64,000 nucleotides of DNA from positions 64,004-128,003 of IMG/VR virus record IMGVR_UViG_3300017917_002068, one strand, 5' to 3'. Of the stretch, positions 1 through 7,992 are shown one piece after another. The position numbers and the translations under genes are program-made. A model generated the notes under the pieces. That model was given only the letters and a program-made list of their open reading frames with translations, was not told where the DNA came from and did no database searches. The stretch's first letter is position 1. Each line of letters starts with the position of its first letter. The DNA comes from a virus.

Positions 1-2
1 TT

Positions 3-389
3 ATTAATGAAAAGATGAAGACTGTCAAGTTCCGTGGCGTTAAGTGGGACGTAGAAATCGAACCAAGCGTTGCCGCAGTACAACGTTTCAATTTCCAAGC
101 AGGTGCTAACAGCGAACATCCAACATTCTTAGCTAAGACAGACGGTGGTAATTTAAAGTTTATCTTTGGTGATGCCTCGACACACGGTGGCGAGTTTGTA
201 TTTGCACAAAATGTAGCAGGCAAACTCGATCGTGGTTGGACTTGGCCGGTACTTCCAATTCTCGCTATTCTTAAAATTGCAGATGTTAATAACACTAAGA
301 TGTCTTTGAGTAACGAAGGTGCTATTCAAATTACTCTCGACAGTGGTTTAGCAACTTACAAATATATCATCCCAGCACAAGCAGCCTAA
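3..389 (+). CDS. gp45: Sliding clamp (T4 gp45-like), 3' part; truncated by the window edge
   Basis: The frame is open from base 3 (INEKMKTVKF...). The C-terminus MSLSNEGAIQITLDSGLATYKYIIPA resembles clamp C-termini, and the genome context is T4-like. Confidence 0.6.
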   Translation: MNEKMKTVKFRGVKWDVEIEPSVAAVQRFNFQAGANSEHPTFLAKTDGGNLKFIFGDASTHGGEFVFAQNVAGKLDRGWTWPVLPILAILKIADVNNTKMSLSNEGAIQITLDSGLATYKYIIPAQAA

Positions 390-391
390 AT

Positions 392-763
392 ATGATCAAG
401 GGAATCAATTCTTCCAATAGATATATTTCTATCAGTGGTGGTTCGCCGGCGGCTCCTTATATAAGTCCAGGTGCAGCAGGTGCGGGAATGCTACGATGGA
501 ATCCAAACATGAATCAGATGGAAGTTAATGACGGTAATAGTTGGATTGGAATCTCGATGAACTACGCATCTATCGAATTGACTCCCGAGACTGAAAGTCT
601 TTTAGAATGGGCTAGGAAGAAACGAGATCAAGAAAAGAATTGGTACGAACTTGCATCCAATAGTGAAGCTGTTCGTATCGCACTAGAACAGTTAGAACAG
701 GCACAAACAAGATTAGAACTTACAGCAATTTTAGCGAGAGACCATGAACAAACAACCAGTTGA
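392..763 (+). CDS. Hypothetical protein with a C-terminal coiled coil
   Basis: 123-aa ORF packed between its neighbours; overlaps the start of the next gene. Confidence 0.75.
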   Translation: MIKGINSSNRYISISGGSPAAPYISPGAAGAGMLRWNPNMNQMEVNDGNSWIGISMNYASIELTPETESLLEWARKKRDQEKNWYELASNSEAVRIALEQLEQAQTRLELTAILARDHEQTTS

Positions 764-2294
764 TTTAACACCATTACAAAAAGACTATGCAGTTTATTTG
801 CCTGCAATTAGTTCTTTTTATTCTACATACATAGCAAAACAAAGATTAGAAGAATTTATTCCTAAAGATCGAATTCCTCAAAATTTTGATCGCGGAATCG
901 AAGGCATGAACTTCTTAAATCCCGAGCAAGGTTACTTTTATTACAAATATGCTCTATACTCAGCAGGTCATGCACAATTAGATATTAACAAAAGCATGAC
1001 TCAAGAATCTATGATCCAACAACGTGATCGTGGTGCTACAATGATCTTAGGTGATTCTGGCGGATATCAGATTGGTAAAGGTGTTATTAAGTTTGATTGG
1101 CAGAACTTTGAAGGTACTGAAGCTAATAAAGTTCGTGAAAAAATTCTTACTTGGTTAGAAGTTACTGCTGATTGGTCTATGATGCTAGACGTTCCTACGT
1201 GGGCATGTGATCATATTCACAGCCCAAAGACCGGACTAAAAACTTTTGATGACTGTTTAGAGAAGACTCGATTCAATAATGAATATTTTATTAAAAATCG
1301 TGTCGGCGCTAAAGACGGTGGTACTAAATTACTAAATGTTCTTCAAGGTTCGAACTGGGAAAACGCAGAAGCCTGGTATCAAGGTGTAAAAGAATACTCC
1401 GACGTTTCAATACACGGAGATAAAGCCGCAGAAGGTTGGGCTATGGGCGGTGCTAATATGTGCAAGATGCCTATTACACTACGCAGACTGATCACTATGC
1501 GGTTTGATGGTATGCTGGAAGGCAAAGATTGGATGCACTTCCTAGGTACCGCACAGCTGGATTGGGCTTGTTACTTAACAAGTATCCAACGTCAAATCAG
1601 AAAACACGTAAATGAAAACTTCACAATTTCCTTTGACTGCGCCTCACCGTTTATCGCAACAGCTCACGGATTGGTATATACTAACGCCCAGCATACCTCT
1701 AAGCGATTCAGTGTTATCATGGATAAAGCCCCGGACAATAAGGGTCTTTCCGGACGGCACGATATACCTTTTCCTTTCGAAAGCGATTTCGGTCGAAGAC
1801 TTACGATCGCAGATATATGCCACTATGCTCCAGGCATGCTAAACAAGATTGGCAAAGAAGGCAAAACTTCGTGGGATAGCTTTGCCTATGCTCTAATGAT
1901 GGGTCATAATGTAGAATGTCACATTCGTGCTGTTCAACGTGCTAATAACTTGGCAGACATTGAATCAACTAGAATTAAACCTGATTGGAGACGATGGAGA
2001 AAAGTTAAAGATTCCGACAAGAGCGATGAAATCTCCGAGTGGGTTCCTAGAAACGTTTTATATTTTAATCGATTTGTCGAAGAATTATTTGAATGTAAAA
2101 CTAAAGATTCGGCCTTTGAAATGATCGCCGAAGCAGAACGTCTTGGATTTTTACAAAATCTAGAAGGTGCTCGTTTGCGTGGTGGTGTAACCAATATTGC
2201 CGATAAACTCTTTTTTGAAGAAGGTGAAGAGGACAAAGGATCGTGGGAAGACGATCGCGAAGATGAGACTTTGGATAATCTTAAAGTAGAATAA
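744..2294 (+). CDS. dpdA: TGT-fold 7-deazaguanine DNA transglycosylase (DpdA/DpdA2-like)
   Basis: TGT motifs appear in order: ILGDSGGYQ (cf. DSGGFQ), MMLDVP, LNVLQG, GWAMGG, MHFLG, ISFDCASP. It clusters with folE, queE and a queD paralogue in a phage. Confidence 0.8.
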   Translation: MNKQPVDLTPLQKDYAVYLPAISSFYSTYIAKQRLEEFIPKDRIPQNFDRGIEGMNFLNPEQGYFYYKYALYSAGHAQLDINKSMTQESMIQQRDRGATMILGDSGGYQIGKGVIKFDWQNFEGTEANKVREKILTWLEVTADWSMMLDVPTWACDHIHSPKTGLKTFDDCLEKTRFNNEYFIKNRVGAKDGGTKLLNVLQGSNWENAEAWYQGVKEYSDVSIHGDKAAEGWAMGGANMCKMPITLRRLITMRFDGMLEGKDWMHFLGTAQLDWACYLTSIQRQIRKHVNENFTISFDCASPFIATAHGLVYTNAQHTSKRFSVIMDKAPDNKGLSGRHDIPFPFESDFGRRLTIADICHYAPGMLNKIGKEGKTSWDSFAYALMMGHNVECHIRAVQRANNLADIESTRIKPDWRRWRKVKDSDKSDEISEWVPRNVLYFNRFVEELFECKTKDSAFEMIAEAERLGFLQNLEGARLRGGVTNIADKLFFEEGEEDKGSWEDDREDETLDNLKVE

Positions 2295-2295
2295 A

Positions 2296-2324
2296 TTGAC
2301 TTTACTATTGATTGATCGTATAAT
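2296..2324 (+). promoter_or_regulatory. Sigma70-type promoter TTGACT-17-TATAAT, 6 nt before the ATG at 2331
   Basis: TTGACT at 2296-2301, 17-nt spacer, TATAAT at 2319-2324. Confidence 0.8.
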
Positions 2325-2330
2325 CAATAT

Positions 2331-2555
2331 ATGAAACAAAAGAAATACTCTCCAAATCAATTTGTCCTCAATCGAGGACAGATTGAAAAATTGGCCAAAA
2401 TGGCTGCTCACTTCAAAGAAGTCGAGTGGTTTACCTTAGAAGAAAGCTCTAGCAGCGGAATCGGTCCTACCGTTGTTGTTAAGTTTAACCTATTCAACGA
2501 TAGCGACAAGGACATCGATACTACCGTTGATATCACTGATGTAGGTACCTGGTGA
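2331..2555 (+). CDS. Hypothetical protein
   Basis: 74-aa ORF directly after a consensus promoter; GTGA overlap with the next gene. Confidence 0.7.
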   Translation: MKQKKYSPNQFVLNRGQIEKLAKMAAHFKEVEWFTLEESSSSGIGPTVVVKFNLFNDSDKDIDTTVDITDVGTW

Positions 2556-3016
2556 AAAAAGAACTAGATGAAGCACTCTGTGCCAAATATCCTAAAATTT
2601 TTAAAAACCGTCATGGCAATATGAAAGAAACTCTGATGTGTTGGGGTTTTGAATGTGGTGATGGTTGGTATAAAATCCTCGACTCCCTGTGCGCTCAGAT
2701 CCAACACTACACTGATTGGAATAACGATAATCATGCCAAAGGTTACAAACAGTACAAACAAGTACCTCAAGTAGTAGCTATACAGGTCAAAGAAAAGTTT
2801 GGCGGACTGCGATTCTATTATGACGGCGGCGATGATCAAATTTTTGGCATGGTTCGTATGGCAGAATCCTGGGCGGCACAGACTTGCGAAGAATGTGGTG
2901 AATCAGGTACTATACGTCATGACGGTTGGATGCGTACTCTTTGCGACAAACACGAAGCAGAGTATCAGGAAAGACAAACTGAAAGATTTGCCAAAGATAA
3001 CGGACTAGAACTATGA
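2552..3016 (+). CDS. Conserved phage hypothetical protein with a C-terminal Cys motif
   Basis: GDGWYKIL...QVKEKFGGLRFY...TCEECG...TLC pattern, typical of a widespread phage protein family. Confidence 0.75.
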   Translation: MKKELDEALCAKYPKIFKNRHGNMKETLMCWGFECGDGWYKILDSLCAQIQHYTDWNNDNHAKGYKQYKQVPQVVAIQVKEKFGGLRFYYDGGDDQIFGMVRMAESWAAQTCEECGESGTIRHDGWMRTLCDKHEAEYQERQTERFAKDNGLEL

Positions 3017-3174
3017 AATGTTTTGCCTGCGGTGAAAAAATCAAAGAACAAGGTGTAGGCTGCGACTGGAATCAAGGACGATGTCCGCATCGTATGCCTA
3101 TGCTAACTGACTATCATTTTAGATATCTTAATTTAATCAACTCAATCCGTAATTTTTTCAAGCGTAAAAAATAA
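3013..3174 (+). CDS. Small 53-aa Cys-rich (zinc-finger-like) protein, absent from the ORF track
   Basis: ATGA overlap with the upstream stop and TAATG overlap with the downstream start. Translation: MKCFACGEKIKEQGVGCDWNQGRCPHRMPMLTDYHFRYLNLINSIRNFFKRKK. Confidence 0.65.
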   Translation: MKCFACGEKIKEQGVGCDWNQGRCPHRMPMLTDYHFRYLNLINSIRNFFKRKK

Positions 3175-3713
3175 TGAAACGCGAATACAAAGAAGGCACA
3201 CACAAAGACATCACGTTTTTCGTAGGTCGTGAAATTGAACACACACCTGCTTATGGAAAATTGACTTTGTTTGTAGTAGGAGTACAATCAATCGGCGATA
3301 TCGAAAAAGCCATCAATGATCCGTCATTGACTGGAAATCCTATCACACACATTTTCTTTGGTGCTAATCACAGTTTCAATCCTAAGAAGGATGACTACGA
3401 AAGTTGGAAATCGTGGGAAGATATGATACAGTATTTCCTCGATAATGGATACTGGTGTAGTCTCGATATTCCGATGAGTGCTGTAGAAGAATTTAACGAT
3501 GGTGGTCTGAACGATCACAATAAGTTTATTCCACAGATTCGAGTGCCTATCCCGTATATTAAATTGTGGAATTATAATACAATGTTAAAGATCGACGACA
3601 AAGATTTTAATGCAACTAATCCTGGGGTCTGGTGCCATAACCTCAGAGATCTAATGAGTAGAGATCGTTTTACTGATTGGGATCAATATGGCAAGGACGA
3701 GATAATCAAATGA
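3174..3713 (+). CDS. Hypothetical enzyme-like protein inside the deazaguanine gene cluster
   Basis: 179 aa with an alpha/beta pattern (TLFVVG, HIFFGANHSF, KIDDKDFNATNPGVWCH); translationally coupled on both sides. Confidence 0.8.
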   Translation: MKREYKEGTHKDITFFVGREIEHTPAYGKLTLFVVGVQSIGDIEKAINDPSLTGNPITHIFFGANHSFNPKKDDYESWKSWEDMIQYFLDNGYWCSLDIPMSAVEEFNDGGLNDHNKFIPQIRVPIPYIKLWNYNTMLKIDDKDFNATNPGVWCHNLRDLMSRDRFTDWDQYGKDEIIK

Positions 3714-4063
3714 GTTATGGACAGGTAGTAGGCTACGCTAGTACATCAAAAGGTATAGGTATTAAGCCTGCTCGAAAAATAAGGAAACAAAAAGTGAAAC
3801 TCACATTTAAACAGCGCATTCGTAACTGGTTGATGCGTGAAGAAGTTGAAGAAGATGCTCCTCAACTTGTCGAAGCAAGTTCTTTATCTAGTGAAGGTAT
3901 GCGACTACAGATCTATAAAGCCAACGGTGGTTACGTTGTAGAAACCCGTAACTACGATAATAGAACTGATCGTCATTATTGTACCATGCACGTAATTACT
4001 GAAGAACAAGATCTCGGAGATTCATTAGGTAAAATTGTTATGATGGAGGCGTTAAAGCAATGA
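3710..4063 (+). CDS. Hypothetical protein
   Basis: ATGA overlap at 3710 gives the likely start (MSYGQVVG...). Confidence 0.7.
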   Translation: MSYGQVVGYASTSKGIGIKPARKIRKQKVKLTFKQRIRNWLMREEVEEDAPQLVEASSLSSEGMRLQIYKANGGYVVETRNYDNRTDRHYCTMHVITEEQDLGDSLGKIVMMEALKQ

Positions 4064-4263
4064 AAGAATTTACAGTAAAAGAAAGCACGGGTTTTAGACT
4101 GCGTGTTAAAAGTTGGAAATGTCTTAGTCCTGCTGATCTAAATAGTATCGAATTTATTAACGAATCCTTAGACGACAAGGGCGAAGTTAGTCAGAGTTCT
4201 ACATACAGTTTCTTCATGACTGACGAAGAAGTTAAAACACTGTGCGAAGGAATGTTAAAGTGA
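4060..4263 (+). CDS. Hypothetical protein
   Basis: GGAGG RBS and ATGA overlap; 67 aa. Confidence 0.7.
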   Translation: MKEFTVKESTGFRLRVKSWKCLSPADLNSIEFINESLDDKGEVSQSSTYSFFMTDEEVKTLCEGMLK

Positions 4264-4655
4264 TCGTAAAACAAGATATTCGTCCAAACAAAATGATTTG
4301 GGTAACCTTCCGTAAAGAGGGCATACATAAATATCCAGCAGCACTAACTGATCCTAACCTAGCTACAGGAGATGAATATGATGTATCGTTCCTTGGTCAT
4401 CCCCATCGTCATATTTTTCATTTCAGGGTGTGGATCTCCGTCACTCACAATGACCGTGATATCGAGTTCATCCAATTCAAACGATGGTTGGAATCACTGT
4501 ATTCAGGGAAAGAAAATTGTCTGTCACTGGACTACAAAAGTTGCGAAATGATGTCAGACGAATTATATGACATTATTTCACAAAAGTATCCAAATCGAGA
4601 GATTTGGATTGAGGTCTCCGAAGACGGAGAAAATGGTTCATTTATCAAGTACTAA
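4260..4655 (+). CDS. dpdL: QueD-like T-fold protein, DpdL-type (putative 7-carboxy-7-deazaguanine decarboxylase)
   Basis: T-fold size and layout (EGIH...LGHPHRHIFHF...DRDIEFIQFK...SCE...VSEDGENG). It has LxxxHRHxF where QueD has CxxxHGH. GTGA overlap start. Confidence 0.65.
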   Translation: MIVKQDIRPNKMIWVTFRKEGIHKYPAALTDPNLATGDEYDVSFLGHPHRHIFHFRVWISVTHNDRDIEFIQFKRWLESLYSGKENCLSLDYKSCEMMSDELYDIISQKYPNREIWIEVSEDGENGSFIKY

Positions 4656-4676
4656 ACTATAAGGAAGAAAGCTATC

Positions 4677-4910
4677 ATGGCTCGTAACTACAAGGACTAT
4701 CAATATTTTGCAAACCGTCCTGATGTTGTTAAGGTGTGGGATGATCTCGAAGCATTTCACGACTTTTGTCGCTTTGAACTCCGCGAGTTCAATCCTGCGG
4801 AACTTTACCGCAAAGAAGCACCTAACTACAGTGCTTATCTAGCAAGTAAGCGTCCTCGTCGCCCTTATCAGGGTAAAAACCCAAGGTTCAATAATTATCG
4901 CAATGGCTAA
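4677..4910 (+). CDS. Hypothetical basic protein
   Basis: AAGGA RBS; 77 aa with an Arg/Asn-rich C-terminus. Confidence 0.7.
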   Translation: MARNYKDYQYFANRPDVVKVWDDLEAFHDFCRFELREFNPAELYRKEAPNYSAYLASKRPRRPYQGKNPRFNNYRNG

Positions 4911-5976
4911 GATATTTTTAGTAGATCTCGAAGCTGTTGAAACTCGATACACAGGCGAGTGGAAGAATCACTTGCCTGTATTATTGAGAAAGAGAGGACA
5001 CGATGTTCAAGTTATTTCTGGCCCTGAAGATATCCCTAGTGCCACTACTCCTGGTGCCTTTCTTAACTTTGGTGGCACTAATATCTATAAGTCTAATCAG
5101 GTTGAACAGATTGGTCGCTTATTTTGCGCTGGACGCATTTCAGCTGGCGACCATTTTATTTTTACTGATGCTTGGCATCCGGGCATTGTAAATTTAAAAT
5201 ATATGAGTGAGCTATTACAGATTCCTGTAAAAATTCACGCACTATGGCATGCCGGCTCATATGATCCTCAAGACTTCCTAGGTCGTCTTATCGGAGATGC
5301 TCCGTGGGTTAGACATAGCGAAAAAGCTTTTTATCATGCTATCGATTACAATTACTTTGCCACTGAGTTCCATATCGAAATGTTTGTTAAGAATCTTTTA
5401 GATTACGAAAATTCTGACATCGTCAGGCAATTCGCTCCTAATAAGATTATACGAAGTGGATGGCCTATGGAGTATATGACAGATACTTTGCTCATGTACA
5501 AAAATATGCCAAAGAAAAATCTTATTTTATTTCCTCATCGAATCGCTCCAGAAAAACAATTAGATATCTTTTTAGATCTTAAAGATCGATTGCCTCAATA
5601 TGAATTTCGTGTTTGTCAAGAATATCCTCTGACTAAAAACGAATATCATAATATGCTAGGCGAAGCTAAACTAGTATTCAGTGCCAATCTACAAGAAACA
5701 TTAGGCATTAGTTGGTATGAAGGTGCCATAGTTGATGCTATTCCTATGGTCCCGGATCGCCTAAGCTACAGTGAAATGGCTTTGACTGAATTTAAATATC
5801 CTTCTGAATGGACTGAGTCATTTCAATCCTATAACACACACAGAGAAAAGGTAGTACATCAAATTGTCCAGTATATGGAAAATTATGAAAAGTATCTACC
5901 TCGCCTAAATAAACAGGTAGATGTATTAACAAAGAACTTCTTTAGTTGCGATAATCTACTGGAGATGTTAAAATAA
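4903..5976 (+). CDS. GT-B fold glycosyltransferase (GT4-like)
   Basis: C-terminal donor-binding features ILFPHRIAPEKQ and ETLGISWYEG (E-x7-E), followed by PMVPDRLSYSE. Confidence 0.75.
   Translation: MAKIFLVDLEAVETRYTGEWKNHLPVLLRKRGHDVQVISGPEDIPSATTPGAFLNFGGTNIYKSNQVEQIGRLFCAGRISAGDHFIFTDAWHPGIVNLKYMSELLQIPVKIHALWHAGSYDPQDFLGRLIGDAPWVRHSEKAFYHAIDYNYFATEFHIEMFVKNLLDYENSDIVRQFAPNKIIRSGWPMEYMTDTLLMYKNMPKKNLILFPHRIAPEKQLDIFLDLKDRLPQYEFRVCQEYPLTKNEYHNMLGEAKLVFSANLQETLGISWYEGAIVDAIPMVPDRLSYSEMALTEFKYPSEWTESFQSYNTHREKVVHQIVQYMENYEKYLPRLNKQVDVLTKNFFSCDNLLEMLK
5946..5974 (+). promoter_or_regulatory. Sigma70-type promoter for folE (TTGCGA-17-TGnTAAAAT)
   Basis: TTGCGA at 5946-5951, 17-nt spacer ending in TGT, TAAAAT at 5969-5974. 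Confidence 0.55.
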
Positions 5977-6011
5977 TATGTCATCCACGACTATAACTCG
6001 GAGAAACTTAA

Positions 6012-6836
6012 TTGACAACAAAATTTACACCAGATCCTGTACTAAATGAAAAATTAGATACAGAATTTAAACCTAACGAATACAAAGATGCTTACGTTCC
6101 TTTAGACAAACAGGTCTATGTTAAAGCAGAAGATAAAAAAAGCGATGGGGCATATCTAGCTGATATTATCCGTGTTAAAATGAAACACGACGGCAAAAGA
6201 TATTGGGCTGGAGACAATATCTCAGAATATGTCACTGAAGAAATGAAGCACAAGTTAATCGATGAAGCCACTGAAGCTTTCGAACTTGTATTAGATAGAC
6301 TCTTAATTGATCGTGAAAGCGATCCTAACAGCCATGGAACAGCCCGCAGACTCGCAAAAATGTATTTCAACGAAATCATGTCAGGACGATATGAACCTAG
6401 TCCCGCAGCCACAGCGTTCCCAAATGATTCGGAGGACCGTTACGAAGGTATGTTGGTTGTTCGCAGTGAGCTTCGCAGTATGTGTAGCCATCATCACCAG
6501 CCCGTTAATGGTGTTGCCTATATTGGTATTATTGCGGCTTCCAAGCTCATTGGACTCTCTAAATACACAAGGATCGCTCAGTGGTGCGCCCGACGTGGTA
6601 CTCTCCAGGAGGAACTTGCTAATGATATTGCTCGCGAGATCGCCAAAGCTACAGGAGCCACAGACGTAGGCGTATATGTACAGGCTACTCACGGTTGCTG
6701 TGAGAATCGTGGTATTATGGCACACAGTTCTTTGACGCAGACTACAGTATTAAAGGGTGCGTTTAAAGATGACCCAGGTACGAAGAAAGAATTCTTCGAC
6801 AACATTAAACTACAACAGGACTTTGCCCCACGATAA
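6012..6836 (+). CDS. folE: GTP cyclohydrolase I
   Basis: TARRLAKMY, SMCSHHHQP, IGLSKYTRI, RRGTLQE and HGCCENRG motifs; TTG start with a GGAG RBS. Confidence 0.95.
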   Translation: MTTKFTPDPVLNEKLDTEFKPNEYKDAYVPLDKQVYVKAEDKKSDGAYLADIIRVKMKHDGKRYWAGDNISEYVTEEMKHKLIDEATEAFELVLDRLLIDRESDPNSHGTARRLAKMYFNEIMSGRYEPSPAATAFPNDSEDRYEGMLVVRSELRSMCSHHHQPVNGVAYIGIIAASKLIGLSKYTRIAQWCARRGTLQEELANDIAREIAKATGATDVGVYVQATHGCCENRGIMAHSSLTQTTVLKGAFKDDPGTKKEFFDNIKLQQDFAPR

Positions 6837-6846
6837 GGAGATAATC

Positions 6847-7341
6847 ATGGCAAATTGGAAGGTATCACCGTATTACAAAAAATCTTGCGAAGAGCACGAA
6901 CAGTATTTCAAAGACGGTCAAATGATCGTTCGAAAAACGGGTTATAGAGGGGCAAGTTTTTATGTAGAAACCACCGACGATAATCCTCCAGAATTTGAAT
7001 TTGATTTTGTTCCCGGTGGTGATGGTCGCAAAGACAGCATTGACATGTATAACTGTTATGGCAACAACATCGAGAACGTTGAATTAGATTCGATGTGGGA
7101 CGGCTGTTGGGAAGATATTGAGTTTCCGGAAGAGTTCGACGAAGATGAAAAAGAACGTCTAATGGAAATGATCGAAGAAGAAGGCATCTACGAAGTTCTT
7201 GAAGGTAACGAAGGATGGAGCCAGAATGAATGTCAAGCATGGATATGGGGTCCTATTCTTATCGAAGACGAGAACGGAAATCAGGTTCGTATCATTGTAG
7301 CTGACGAAGATGGCAATGTTGTGGATTACGAGGAAGAATAA
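6847..7341 (+). CDS. Acidic hypothetical protein
   Basis: AAGGAG RBS before the ATG at 6847; very Glu/Asp-rich. Confidence 0.75.
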   Translation: MANWKVSPYYKKSCEEHEQYFKDGQMIVRKTGYRGASFYVETTDDNPPEFEFDFVPGGDGRKDSIDMYNCYGNNIENVELDSMWDGCWEDIEFPEEFDEDEKERLMEMIEEEGIYEVLEGNEGWSQNECQAWIWGPILIEDENGNQVRIIVADEDGNVVDYEEE

Positions 7342-7571
7342 TGAACTCTGCAGAACAAGCAACAGCATTTATAGATAGAGTAAAAAATCTTAGAACGTTT
7401 GAAGTTAAGCGTATATTAGACGAGCCTCTTGAATTTAGAGGTGGGCGCATTCCGTTTGATATCAAGGCTAATCAAGATTGTGCATGGTTCCAAGTCGTGG
7501 CTGTGTCTCAAAAAGAAGCCGAAGAAATGGTAGATCGTTGGATGCAAGGGGACGATGATTACTCCGCTTAA
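7341..7571 (+). CDS. Hypothetical protein
   Basis: TAATG coupling and GAGG RBS. Confidence 0.7.
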   Translation: MNSAEQATAFIDRVKNLRTFEVKRILDEPLEFRGGRIPFDIKANQDCAWFQVVAVSQKEAEEMVDRWMQGDDDYSA

Positions 7572-7992
7572 AGACGAATTGATGGTACAGCAACAGTTAC
7601 CATCAAAGGAGCCAAGAATTCGTGCATGGCAACATATGGTGGCAGTGATCATGTTAAACCAAACTGGCAGGAAACCTGTAAAAAAGGTATTGCCTCAATT
7701 CCTAAATCGATGGTCACGACCTTCTCAGTTTATGAAAGCCAATCCAAGTGAGGTTCAAGAAGTAATCAAACCTTTGGGTATGTTAAATGTTAGAACTAAA
7801 AGATTGCTAAGAATGACTGTAGATTTCTTGACTTGGGACGGAAATGATGCTACAATGTTATATGGAATAGGAAAATACGGTAGTGACAGTTATGAAATCT
7901 TTTTCAAACAAAACTACAGTGTAGAACCTACTGATAAAGAACTGAAGCGATATCTCGCTGAGGAGATTTTTAATGTTGCTGAAGCTACTTGA
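7555..7992 (+). CDS. HhH-GPD DNA glycosylase, stand-alone MBD4-like catalytic domain
   Basis: AWQHMVAVIMLNQTG, IKPLGM, HhH motif LYGIGKYGSDSYEIF and PTDKELKRY (cf. MBD4 LHGIGKYGNDSYRIF...PEDHKLNKY). Confidence 0.85.
   Translation: MITPLKDELMVQQQLPSKEPRIRAWQHMVAVIMLNQTGRKPVKKVLPQFLNRWSRPSQFMKANPSEVQEVIKPLGMLNVRTKRLLRMTVDFLTWDGNDATMLYGIGKYGSDSYEIFFKQNYSVEPTDKELKRYLAEEIFNVAEAT
7828..7856 (+). promoter_or_regulatory. Intragenic sigma70-type promoter TTGACT-17-TGcTACAAT
   Basis: TTGACT at 7828-7833, 17-nt spacer, extended -10 TGC then TACAAT at 7851-7856; lies inside the glycosylase gene. Confidence 0.5.

Noticed and set aside
744-2294. Reading the TGT-fold gene as a classical tRNA-guanine transglycosylase
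   Set aside because: It lacks the C-terminal CxCxxC zinc motif of bacterial Tgt, and the phage context with folE/queE favours a DNA-acting enzyme. This is not formally excluded.
5978-6049. Short ORF MSSTTITRRNLIDNKIYTRSCTK overlapping the folE start (possible leader peptide)
   Set aside because: Its ATG is only 3 nt after the putative -10 box and nothing else supports it; likely chance.
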